Origin: Lama guanicoe
Lineage: Eukaryota
NCBI GenBank assembly: GCA_013239625.1
Contig: MU054323.1
Location: 15,628,029 to 15,692,028 of the forward strand
Direction of reading: 5' to 3'
Length of the DNA stretch: 64,000 nt
Part shown: positions 1 through 12,339 of the stretch, in pieces
How positions within the stretch are numbered: the first letter of the stretch is position 1
Layout of the letters: each line of letters starts with the position of its first letter
Position numbers and translations under genes: made by a program
Notes under the pieces: model-generated
What the model was told of the DNA's origin: nothing
Databases searched by the model: none
Seen by the model: the letters and a program-made list of their open reading frames with translations, nothing else

Positions 1-782
1 CCCAACCCCCAGTACCTCAGAATGCGACTGTACAGACGGCCCCCAAGTTGTCACATTTCAATTTGCAGTTTGTAGACTTCACGATGGTGCAAAAGCAATA
101 CGCATTCAGTAGAAACCATACTTCAAATTTTGATCTTTTCCTGGGCTAGTGATACTGATTCTAGTCTGATACTTTCTCGAGATGCTGGGCAGAGACAGCC
201 AGCACAGCTCCCAGGCAGCCACACCATCACAAGGGTGAAAGACTGATTCACTTACAACCATCCTGGGCCCACATAACCGTTCTGTTTCCATTTTCAGTAC
301 AATATTCAACACTTTCTTATAAAATAGGCTTTGTGTTAGGTGACTTTGCCCAACTGTAGGCTGATGGAAGTATTCTGAGCACATTTAAAGTAGGCCAGGC
401 TAAGTGATGCTGTTCAGTATGTTAGGTGAATTAAGTGCACTTTCAAACTAACAATATTTTCAATTTACAATAGGCTATCAGACTATAACCCCATCATAAG
501 TCAAGAGAGATCTGTATTTGGAGATAAGATCTTTAGTGAGATGATTATGTTAAAATGAGGTGGTTGTATGACTGGTGTCCTCATGAAACAAGGAAGAGAC
601 AGCAGGAGCGCACAGTGAAAAGACCATGTGAAGACACAGGGAGATGGTGGCCATCTGCAAGCCAAGGACAGAGACCTGTTGACACCTTGATCTTCGACTT
701 CTAGCCTCCAGAGCTGTGAGGAGATACATTTCTGTTGTTTAAGCCGCCCAGTCTTTGCTACTGTGTTACGGCAGCACTAGTG
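1..782 (+). mobile_element. MLT1 (MaLR) LTR split by the Tigger insertion
   Basis: cccagtacctcagaatg, gacaccttgatcttcgacttctagcctccaga, ttctgttgtttaagcc motifs. Confidence 0.8.
33..514. mobile_element. Tigger3/Golem-like TcMar MITE inserted into an MLT1 LTR
   Basis: CAGA...TCTG termini, TA duplication at 31-32 and 515-516; MLT1 sequence resumes after it. Confidence 0.75.
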
Positions 783-2381
783 AAGGAATATACTCCCCCA
801 AGTCCCCGTGGGGTACCCCACTCAAGTTCAGGACAGGTGTGATTCTATTCCTTTTTCTGAGGTTGGTCTTTCCTAGAAATAACAGTAACAGAAGGTTAAA
901 CAGATGATTTACCAATAAAGAGCAGGGCCAGACCTTTCCCTGTATCCCATTACTCATCTCTAGGAGAGACTAGAAACTACAGAGAAGGATTACTGTTATT
1001 GAGATGCGGAGCTGCCAACCATATTGTTGGGGTGTCCCCCACTCAAGCCGAGTGAGAGGGTTTCCTAAGAACCAGAGAATGGGCAGAGATTGCACTCAGG
1101 GTAAACAGTGTCTTCCTCTCCAGCAGTATGGTTACTGAGATGCAGGACCCAGACCTCAGTGCTCCCATGGGCCCAGAGTAGGACACCATGAATTCTTGGG
1201 AGAGCCTGATGGACGTCCCCTAGAGACTAGAGATTCCTCTTGCCTGAAGAATTCTGTAGGCAGGAGGCTGGAGGAGCTGCCCGTGCCGACAGGGCCAAGA
1301 GAGGAGGCAGCAGAGGGAGCAGCCACACGTTCACTATTTGTGGAGCAGGGGTTATGATATGCCACTGTGGGCCAAGTGGGCCAGAAAATAGCTAGATTCA
1401 AGTCATCTTGAAAGGTCCTACCAAAAAAATATTAGCAGGGTTAAGGAGAATCCAGCAAGAGGCCTCAACCTAGGAGAGGGAGAGGATGCAGAGCAAAAAG
1501 GGATGCAACAGAGACAGAGTCAAAGAGCAAGTCAGACCCCTTCCCCTGCTGGTTCCCAGGTCAACCCTGAGCAGGCGAGGGGAGAAGTTTTGACTTGAGT
1601 GTAAGACGGAAGTTTTTATCTACACTGAATCAGAATTTTTCTATCTGAGAATGAGGCTATTCTGATTTATGAAAGTGACTGAAAAGACATAGAATTTGAC
1701 CAAAATGCCACGCAGAGGCGGGGAGGAGGAATTGGACAGAGCATGGTTAAAGGCTGAGATGGGAGGGGAAAGGGAGACGTTTCCTTACTGCACTCTACCG
1801 AATTCAACCCATTCAGCATTTCAGCACCGTGATACTCGACAACTTCAGCTCTAACCACCTTGGACAGACACCATGCCAAACCCTCTATTCTCATCTCTGA
1901 GCTGCTTCCACTGCCTGCAGCCCATGCACAAAGCCCTCTCATTCTCTTTCAAAAACAGCAAGGTCCTGGTAAAGACCAACTCATACAAATATAATGGCTT
2001 AAGAAGCTTGCTGTCCCAGTACAGTCACATACAACCCTCGACTGAAACCACAAGGTACCACTATATTGGTAATTAATCTACATTTTAAACCACCAAATAA
2101 AGACAGTGCCAAGTAGAAACAGGTATTAGAGGATGAAGCATAAATGAGGACCATCTAAATGAAAAGTCCTCCAAAATTCCAGGCTGTAGTCAGCATGCAA
2201 TGCAATTGCTTACATGGGTCACAGATGTGGGGAAAATGCACCAAATCTCTGGCCCCATCATAAAAGAATGATGGATAGACAGTATCAACAACTGGAAATC
2301 ACAGGAGCCCAAAGACACCAATTCTGGGGAATAAAAGAAGCTTGTGAGAGAGTGCATTTCAAGTGAAAGTGATGAGGTTAC

Positions 2382-2494
2382 CTTTTGCTGTGAGACGTTA
2401 TGATTTGGCTCAGCACATGCATCCACCATGCTGACCTCAAAGTTTAAGGCTTTGGTAGTTGACAAAGAAGGATCTTTTCTCTTTTGCTGAATAC
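2382..2494 (-). pseudogene. Exon remnant, open (IQQKRKDPSLSTTKALNFEVSMVDACAEPNHNVSQQK)
   Basis: Acceptor ttaaaccag, donor AAG|gtaacc; 113 nt, phase 1>0. Confidence 0.6.
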
Positions 2495-4294
2495 CTGGTT
2501 TAATGCTAATCCAGCACCATTTTTATTTGTCCAAAATTTTTTTTTGTTCATTTCCTCTCCTTGTTTATTTGGGTTAGCTTTGTCACAAGCCTCAACTTCC
2601 CAACCCTCCAAAAAGAGATGCCTGTGTACACAGTCATAGAAAATGCTGATAGGAAGGGGGAAAAAATGCATCAGAAGATGCTAAAGCCTCTCGTTCCTGG
2701 TAAGACTTCACTAATGGGGTAGAGACAGCCAAAACTTAAGAAGCAGCAGAAACCATTTCCTTTGTCATTAGCACCTGAGAAATGTTTCAGGCAACAGAGA
2801 ACTGAAAATCTCTCTCCTGTTCTTCCAGTAAAATGCATAGAGTTAAAAACAGCACCTGGATAAATTCTTGTATTTGAACAAAAGAGAGGCTATGACAGGC
2901 TGCTGTTGTTATGGGCAGTGTCCTACCCAGGAATGATTTATAAAGGGGAACTTGTTTCTGTGAACTGTTTTGAAGATCAGTCTGCTTCTATCTTTGTTCT
3001 GTATTTAAAAGCGATATTCAAATAGCCTCCCAGAAGCAAAGGGTGACACAGCTAAAGACTATGCTTTAACACTCCCTGAAGCAGGCATTGGTTTCACATG
3101 AGTTTAATAATAAATGTTAAATGACCAAGAAGCAGAGACTCATTTCCAGTATCTAATAAAATAAACAATATTCAGTTCTTTGAAATTAAATTCTCTTATC
3201 AAAGATCAGCTATAAGGAAATGTGGCACTTACACCCTCTAAAAATGTCAGGAGAGCAAAGAGGGATGACCAAATTACTAACTTTTTCTACATATTTTATT
3301 TGCAAATAATGGTAGTTATAAACGCATCAAATTATTTCTGAAAAATAAAACTCACTTGTTATTGGTTTCATAGAATCATAATGTTTTCATTTCTATTCTT
3401 GGAATTTTTAATTAGGCTTTGAAGTTCTTTGAATCACAGAAAGTTCTTTCTCATAGTGGGTAATCATATGATCATATGTCTTGTTTTGACAACTTGAAAA
3501 TATCTGATTTTAAAGTAAATAGTGGATAAGGCACACCACGAGATGCTCTTGTATAATCCCTGTGCTTACTCATGCAGCTCAGCTACGGCCTTCAAGGATT
3601 ATTCCTTATCCAAACCCCCTGTAAACATACCTTATTCTAGCCCCCTTCCTTCGGATGTTTCTGTTCCATTTGTCTCCTTCCTAACCTATAATTATTTTAA
3701 GCACTTTTTACTTTCCCACCAATTTCTCCAATCTTTCATTCTCATTTGCTCCCAATGACTTTCTCCACACTACAAATCTTTTTCATAAGGCTTGACTCAA
3801 GTCATTCACGCGTTTAGCGTCTTTTCAGGTGGCCTGATCCTAAAGAAAGACCAAGCCACCTATTAGCCCCACCCCCTTCTTCTCACGGTCATATCCAGTG
3901 ATTAGGCTGGACTGACTCTGACCAACCAGTTCTAACAGAATGGACACACTGGGAGAGTGGAAGGCCTGCCAGTGGGGCTGGATCAGCCTGGCGGAGGGGG
4001 TGGGGCAGGCCCTGCTGCAAATGCTGAGGCTACATCCAAGTTACTAATAGAACAGAGTATTCACAGAACAATGCTGGACTCTATAGCAACCCGTATCAGG
4101 TTCCCCAGGCTCTCCATTATCACAGCTGAGCAAAGCATGGTGACGAGAGATTCAGGGGCAGGCAGTATCTAGAGACTCTATCAGGCAGAAAAGGGCCAAG
4201 TTAAGAGTAGTCCTCTAGAAAATAGGCAGGTCTCTCCAGGTCATCATTGGTCTTAGAAAATGAGGAAAGACTGAGCCTGCCTACAGGATCTGGT

Positions 4295-4730
4295 GCAGAG
4301 GGGGATTTGCCGTGAAGCTAAGGAAGCTTAAGCTTCAGGGACCCACATTTGTACCAGGCCCTTACAAGACCCCAGGAGAAACCCTAGCAACGCAAGCAAA
4401 AAGTGCTGTTAGTTCATGGAATAGTAAACATTAGTCACTGCACAGAGCATCTGCATTGCCATGAAATCTTAGAGCTCATTTAAGAAATTTGAGAAAAATT
4501 TTCTAAATTTGACAATAATCTAACACATTTACCTGACAGTATTACTTACAAGTCATGAGCCTGAAACTTTTCTAAACTATCAACAATAAAGAAAAATATT
4601 TTGATAAATTACTAAGACTGAATTTTCTTTCTGTTGTCTATGGAAAATGATGTTCCAAAATTGCAGTCCAATGAGATGCAATTCAAGAACAATGGCCAAA
4701 ATGTAACAGAAAAGTCTTACAGAGATTAAG
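4295..4730 (+). mobile_element. hAT-Tip100 (Zaphod/MER115-like) remnant
   Basis: Terminal cagaggggatttgccgtgaagctaaggaagcttaagcttcaggg motif. Confidence 0.6.
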
Positions 4731-5444
4731 AAACTATTATAAAAACTAAGAAAAATTTCAAAGCATGAAATATTCTCTGAAATGAGAATAAAGTTAATAT
4801 TTATTTTACTCTATTACTACTATGGGCCATTTTTTAAACTGGGTTTTGGAAAGAAAAAAGAAAAGAAAGGAGGAAGGAAGAAAGCAAGTATGGATTGACA
4901 ATATTAAGAGTCTATTCATGGTTTAATCTCTGAATTACCAAGGAGGAGGAAAGACCTTAAAACGATTGTGGAGATCAGAGATCAGATATTTTTTTAAGGA
5001 GAGATTGATCTTTTATTTTTCTATTTGACCCACTCCCCACCCCCACCCCCCAAAATTATTAAGCAGCTATTATAACCCATAATCTATGCTAATGAATAGA
5101 CTGACATGGGCAGAAGCAATCAGTGACTTCTCAGTCAAAGCCTTATACCGACCTTATGATTGCTGGTCACTTCACCTCTAAGACACGATGATACCACAGT
5201 TAAACACACATAGAAACCACCCCCAGACAGAAAGACAGTGACCTTGACTCTATAAGGAAGAACAAGGCATCAATGACATGGGTCAAAAACTGCCTCCCCT
5301 AACAGCAGTAACCAACATCCAAACTAAACAAACCTGTGAGATTCAAATAGGTCAGCATTCCTAACTTACACAAAAGTAAGTAACAAACATTGAAGGAGTC
5401 GTTAATCACTTCCCAGATTACCCTTCTGCGGTACTGAGACTAGA

Positions 5445-5642
5445 GCAGGAGTCTATAACTTTTTACGGGTTTTTTTTGTAAATAAAGTGTTATTGGAACA
5501 CTCTCATTAGTTTACACACTGCCTATGACTGCTTCACAGTACAACGACAGAACTGAGTAGTTTCGATAGAGATCCCTAAGGCCCTCCAAGCCTAAAAGAT
5601 TTACTAGCTGCCTTTTACAGAAAAAGCCTGCCAAGCTCCGCA
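5445..5642. mobile_element. MER58-like hAT-Charlie MITE
   Basis: aaataaagtgttattggaacac...aagcctaaaagatttact...ttttacagaaaaagc. Confidence 0.7.
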
Positions 5643-5880
5643 CCAGGTGGCTAGGAAGCAGCAGTACTCCTGGGAAGTGTGAAATCGACACCCTGTCCGG
5701 GACGCCCTTTTCTTCCTGGGCCCATAGAACAGACTCCAGGAGAGAAATGAAGTAAAATGGACTATTTAAAAATTATGCTTTTCATAATGAAAAAAAAAAG
5801 GCTTCAGAAAGGTATAGGAGACAAATATGTTATTTTTTTTGCATATCAGCTACTGCTATTTGCTACAAGAATTTTTTCAC

Positions 5881-5961
5881 AGCCCAACCGCCGTTCCCTG
5901 CTCAGAGTAAAAGTTGTCATCTCCAAACGAGCAGAAAAGATAGATCAATGGTTTCCTGATG
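5881..5961 (-). pseudogene. Exon remnant, open (IRKPLIYLFCSFGDDNFYSEQGTAVG)
   Basis: Acceptor cttttccatttcag, donor GCT|gtgaaa; 81 nt, phase 2>2. Confidence 0.55.
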
Positions 5962-6270
5962 CTGAAATGGAAAAGTAATTTCTAAGCATAAAGGTAAAGA
6001 AAGAAACGAAGAGAATAGAAAAGTAACTTATCCTCTAGTGAAATATTAAGTAGAAATTATTTATGTATAAAATTTTACAAATTGTAGATTCATATCCATC
6101 CAACACATAATTTCATCATCTTAAACTCAAAAAAAACAACAGAGAAGGGCATTAGCTAAAAATGTTGAGCATAATTTGGGGTGGGAGGTAGGTGCCCAGA
6201 GAAGAACTCTCTGTATACTAACTAAAAATCACTTTTCAAGACGGGGGCCCAGAATGCAGAGATGAGGTAC

Positions 6271-6504
6271 CTGGCTGCACTGACAAAGGAGGGACAGCTG
6301 ATCTAGGAGATCTGACCTTCTGGCCATTACTTCTCACATCACAGTATCCACAGGAGAGCAGTTTCGTGGACCACTTTCCTCTGGAGTTGTGAGCAGGCTC
6401 ATTGGCCGTGAGATCCACGTAGAGCTGCTGTGATTCTGTGGGGAGCATTTCACTTCAGTGTGCAGAAGCCAGAGGCCATGATCCTCTTTGCCTTGTGTAC
6501 ATCC
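6271..6504 (-). pseudogene. Exon remnant (DVHKAKRIMASGFCTL / MLPTESQQLYVDLTANEPAHNSRGKWSTKLLSCG...); alternative donor at 6338
   Basis: Long pyrimidine tract then aacaaag acceptor; donors CAG|gtacct or GAT|gtgaga; frameshift. Confidence 0.6.
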
Positions 6505-6619
6505 CTTTGTTATCCAGATAAGAAGAGGCAGAAAGATAAAGAAATAATAAAACCACTTTAAAAAGCCATGAATCACTAATTGTATTATCCGTTAGACCCT
6601 AACAGATAATTGGTTAAAA

Positions 6620-9055
6620 CTATTTTATGAAGGAAATTTTAAAACCTTAATTAAGTCTTTAAAATCCAACCCCAAAGCAGAAATTATATAGTAAATAATT
6701 AGCAGAACTGACTTAATTTTTTAAAAATTAATTTCCTTATGTTATAAAACACCATAAACAGAAAAGGCAAATGACAAACTGGGATTATATTTGAGACATA
6801 AATAAGAGACAAAAGATGAAAATACTTCACATATTTAGATGTTTTGCGAATCAGTGAAAAATAGAGATAGCCCTAAAATACATGAAGATGATGAATGATC
6901 AATTAATGAAAGAACAATTGACTGATAAATTAAAAATTCAATCACAACAGGAAGCAAGGAAATACAGGTTAAAGTGAAATAATTAGTGCCTATGAAATTG
7001 GAAGGTAGTTTTCAAATGATAATACCAAATGTGTTCTTTACGGTAAAGGCTAAAGGTACTTTCAAATCCTGTGGGACTGAGTGTAAATAGGTACAAACTT
7101 TCTAGAGGGCAATTTGACATATATACTAGGGCGGTTGTTGTCCAGTCAGGCATTTAAATACAAGAAATTTAATACAGGGATTAATCAGATAATAGTTAGA
7201 AGGGCCAGAGAAACCAAAGGGGAAGATGATGCTACCTGGAGGTCATTAACTGCAGGAAGCTAACTCTATCCCTAGGCCTGGAGAAGCAAAAGGAAAAAGG
7301 TGGGATTACCCAGGGTCCACAAGCGTCACTACAGGCCCTGGGCGGAAGTCACCATCCTGTTGGTGTTTCTGACTTGCTGCTGGCTGGAGCCTTTAACCAC
7401 CTGGAGTTGGCTCCCAGGGCTGCTGATGGAGCTGAAAGCAGGAAAAAAAAATGGTGTCTACCCAACTGGCAAAGGAGTCTGCGAAATGTAGTTTGTGGGC
7501 TCCCAGTCCCCTGTACAAAAGAGAGTATTAAAGGGCAACCATGCATCTGAGCCAAAATTTAAAACTCCACTGCAGGCATCAATAACATAAAAACGTTTAT
7601 GCTGTCAGTTACAACAATTTTCCTATAAAAGTGTTTAAAGAAATAAGTAACAAAATAAAAAGATTTGTGTACAAGGATGTTAGTAATGGTGTCACACTAA
7701 GATTTGCTGCGTCTGGTTGTTTTTCCATTGCTGGACCCCTTGTGGTTGGGTGAGGTCTTGCAACTATATTTGACCAGTGAGTTCAGAAGTGGCATGTGTC
7801 ACTCCCAGGATGCATTTAACTGCCCATGTGAATCTCTCCAGAGTTATCATTTCCCTCTGGCAGTGACCAGTGACATTGGAGATGGTGCTGCTCTGTTAGA
7901 CAAGCTCCCTAGGTGACTGTGATGTGCAGCGGTCCCTTGCTAACCCCATACAAGAGTGAAACATAAATCTCTGTTATTTTAGGCAACTGAGATTTGAGGG
8001 TTGTTTGTTAATAACAACACAGACTAGACAAATCTGACTCACCCACATGGAATGATTTATGAGAGCAGAGAATTACAACCAATGTGTTCAATAATATGGG
8101 AGAGTGAAATGAATGACTGTTTATCCCCATCTTGGAATATATTGCTGCCAGTGAAAAGTGCTTTTGAAGAATATTGAATGAGATGGGGAAATCTTCACCA
8201 CAGAAAATTAAATGGAAAAAATAGAATATAAAACAATATATATGAAGGCAGATTCATACATAAGATTATATATAAAGTGCTTTGGGCAACGAGTGCCCAA
8301 TGGTGTTAGTACTGTATAATCAGAAACATGTAAATGACACAGTACTGGGCTCAGTGGAAGGGCCACCCCAGACCTGGGCACATGCTCTACATTCCAGCTG
8401 AGGTGGCCCTAAGCAGTGGCTTGTGTTGTTCCTGTGGTTGTGGCACCAGCTAATGCTGCAGTCCTTCATGACGCCTGTGGGCATGGCCAACCAGTGTCTT
8501 ACCTGGACTTCCCTCCTGCTGCTGGGGCATGAGATGCTGCAAAATTGGAGCTAAGTGATACCGAGAAACCCACTGGGCACCCACCCAGCGGGGCCTGCGA
8601 GGCTGCACGTTGCAGGCAGGGATGTGGCAAGTGCCACTGACTCACGCCTATACTCTGGCTTGCCCTGATGACTGTGGCTTATGCTGCAGATGCTATGGTT
8701 GCTGTATTGGATCTAACCTCCCCAACAGCTGACGGAGGAGCCAGGTAGTGCAACCTGGAAGTGTGAGGGAGTGACGCCCTGCAGATCAAACTTTGATCAA
8801 TGGAAATGGAAGCCGGAGGATGATTCTTCTCCCTTGCACCCCCAGAATGGAGCTATAATAGTTTCAAACTAGCTTTCTGAAGACATCCTGCAAGAATGAG
8901 CACTCAACAGCGCTCATCACCCAGCTGTGGCCGGATTCCTAACTTGCCCTTCCTCCTCCTTTGCCTCCCGCCTGCTTCCTGGGATTGTGTTTCCCAGTAA
9001 AGTGTTTTACAGTTTAGCTTCAGACACTGTTTTCTAGGGATCGGCCTCAAACAGT
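6620..9055. mobile_element. Nested old L1ME fragments and MaLR/ERVL LTRs
   Basis: L1 3' motifs at 6620-7130 and 8050-8250, MLT1-like LTR ~7690-8045, ERVL-type LTR ~8290-9055. Confidence 0.55.
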
Positions 9056-9486
9056 TACTTATACTTCCATGCATATTTCATGGTTCCAAGTATAAGAGCA
9101 ATGCTTCTAAAATAGCTTACATGATCCTGTCCCCACCCGCCTTATAGAACACACAGCAATGTCTCTTCCAACATCTTTGAGGAAGAAACAGAGGTGAGAA
9201 TAACAGACAGAGCACATGGCGGAGACCTTAGCGCTATAACTGCTTGAATCTTAGAAGAGCGATATAAATTTTAGATATTTAATTACTGTAAAAATGCAAA
9301 GAAAAGAATGCAGCAACATTTCATTTCCCAAGGGATGATAGCAGATGCGAGGCTTCCTAATACAAAGGCTTTTTGAATGCTTTGCTGTAGGACGGTTCCA
9401 TCCCAGTGTGTTGCAACCATCGCAGAAAGTTTATTTCTTCTTTCTTCCTGTAAATAACCTGACTTTCTGCTGCCTCGTTCACTTAC

Positions 9487-9805
9487 TTGCACCTGGAGGA
9501 CGCAGACAAGCTCTTCTGTGATCGGCTCTGACCCACACAAGACTGTAAGAGCTCGGAAACAGCTATCAGCCGAGCCTCTTTGGCATGGAGCTGTGCTGCG
9601 GGCCCCGCGGGCCCCTGGCTGGCTACCCTGAACTTCAGAACTTCGGATCCTGCCTCAGCCTGAGCCTTTCTGCGCTCACGGAGCCAGGCTCCTGCCTTCT
9701 TCTGACGCCTGGCACTTGGGTGTCCTGTTCCCTGAGTCATCTTGCTCATTGACTCTTGGCGGGCTCTCACCTCCTGACATCGGAGCTCGTACTGGTAGAG
9801 TTCAC
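9487..9805 (-). pseudogene. Exon remnant, open for 105 codons (ELYQYELRCQEVRARQE...KEARLIAVSELLQSCVGQSRSQKSLSASSRC)
   Basis: Acceptor tgtctgacag, donor CAA|gtaagt; 319 nt; GC/CpG-rich relative to flanks. Confidence 0.7.
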
Positions 9806-11350
9806 CTGTCAGACACTGACCCTTGGCATCTGACAGACCCGCCTGGCCTCAATTTTTGGCCTTGACTTGTAATCCCTAGCTGCCCACAACTCATAGCATA
9901 ACATTTGATCACCCATTTTTTAATACAACTGTCTCTTGTTCACACTAAATTGCACAAAGTGTTTACCAAGGGTCTCATACTTGATGAAAGCAGAAGCCAA
10001 AAGGAGTGATTTAAAAGTGTGATCATGAGAGCTAAGAGAGGACTCTTTTACGAGGACAAACTCTGTTTATAGAAATATCAATAATACTTTGCCGAGCACC
10101 TGCTTGGTGCCAGGTACTAATTTAGGAGTTTCACAACTATTAGCTCATTAAACCATCACAACAGCCCTATGAGGGAAGTACCCTTATTGCTATTTTATAA
10201 AAAGGTGAGAAGTATACCATTTCATTACCTCTGCCTTTTGTACACTAGTTGATCAGTGCTTTGAAATTGCTCTCCAGTCCTATTATCTCTCTCGTGACAA
10301 AAATAATGACTTCATAATATACATTGATTTTAATGTGGCCTCATTATCTTAAATTTCTAGTATTCTTTTGTTGGTCATCTTCCAAACCAAGCAAATTCTC
10401 AAGAGCCGTAACAACCCAAAAGTACAGTTTAGCATTATGTATCGAAACTGAAAACAGCCGCTCCTTTTCACCTCAAAATTATATGCAAATTTCACTTCTA
10501 AAAAAAAATAATACATTTTCCAGGAAGATAAATATATATATAAGAATGTCTATAGTATCAAAAAAACTGGGAAAAAATCAACTATTCTTCAGCAAGAGAT
10601 GCATTAACTCAATTAAGTCACATTCATACAATGGCCTGTTATATACTATCAGCCTGTCTAAAAGGAGAAGGTAGATCTGTATGAACTAACATGGAAACAT
10701 GTCCAACACAGGATGATGAGTGAAAAAAACAAGATTACAGATTCTATTAATGCAAAAAAGTTTATCTATAAATGATACAACTTATAAATTTTTAATACAT
10801 AACATTTATATAGTGCCTAAAACACTAAGTTATTAGTATTAGTGACTGCAGCACGAGATCAGTTATAAGGGGGGGACAGTGGGGGCTTTCACTTTCCATT
10901 TTATATACAATTACACTTTCTACATTTTTAAAGCTTGTGTGACTTTTATAAGAGGAAACATTAAATATAACAATTTCTATTTTGAAATTAAAATTTCCAT
11001 GGAGGGCAAAGATTTCCTTTAGTTGTTTTTTTTATTTTACCCCAGTAAACAGATTGACAGTTTTCATGAAAACTTTAGATTTTGTCCTCATGTGAAAGGT
11101 GCAAAAATCCCCCACTCTTATTCTTTGCTTATCAGTTGCCAATGTGGTGTTAGACGAATTCAATCTTTTTTGCACAAGTCAATATTTAAGAATTCCAGCA
11201 TATTGTAAGTTACACATTTATTTTTTCACTTCCTTCCGTTTTGTTACATAATTTTATTTTTATGCCAAGATGACGTGTGTTTGGAAACCATATTGTGATA
11301 TTCATGTGACATAAATAGAGAAGCATATTGAATTCCATGGATTATCTCAC

Positions 11351-11464
11351 ATTAACCCAGTTAGATCAGATGCTGGCGTCTATGCTTGCAAGAGATGCGT
11401 AAAAATCTTTAACGTATTTTGAGATAACGATTCCTCATTTCTTATACACTTCTATATGGACTTC
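11351..11464 (-). pseudogene. Exon remnant (EVHIEVYKK*GIVISKYVKDFYASLASIDASI*SNWVN)
   Basis: Acceptor ttccttatttag, donor AAT|gtgaga; 114 nt, phase 0>0, two TGA. Confidence 0.6.
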
Positions 11465-12339
11465 CTAAATAAGGAATGGTCAAATGCAGAACGATTTAAG
11501 TAGGGAAAAATGCATACTCCCATGAAATCAGCTGTATTACCCAACTTGTAATTACTCAAAGGTTTCCTAAATCAGAAATTAAAATTTAATTTACATCTGG
11601 GTCCAAGTTTATATAATAAACTCTGGGTTATCAACTTAGTAAGTTATCCCTAGTGTTTCTAACCTTGGAATTCTAGTATTGTTCTAGGGAAACCCCCTCT
11701 GCCTCCTTAGATATATACTTCTCAGTATAAAAATAGTGAACAGTGGTTTTATTATCATTGCATATATTTTCTTAGTACCCTAGATTTATTATATGCTTTC
11801 ACAGGTACATACAAATTCAAAACTCACAGACACCCAATTTTACAAATGACCATCTGTGCCAAAGAAACACACAAGGCAGCCCTCTGCATGGACCTGAAGA
11901 CAATACTAAGGTGAAATGGTTATATGTATATCTTCAGAAAATAGTCTAAAATAATAAATGGATCTCTTTTCCAGTTTCTACATAATTGAAATCCCTTTTG
12001 AAAAATAATAAACAATGGAACATAGCTAATATTTAAAACATCAATCAAAGCAAGAAAGTATGAACCAAATATGTATTATCAATCCCAACCATCCTTAAGT
12101 ATTGAAGCTGAGAATCAGAGAATATTGTACTCATGACCCCTTCACTAGGAACTTGCTAGTGGACAAGCTTCACCCAACCGCAAGAGCACTGGGAAACTGG
12201 TGAGCATAAACACATTTAGAAATGGGACTAAAATAAATTCAGAAGTGAGTAGAAAATAATATGCAAATATTATATGCTCTGATATAGTAGCACCAACACA
12301 GCTATGGGAGGAAAATACAGGAGGAAAGGGGGAGAAAAT

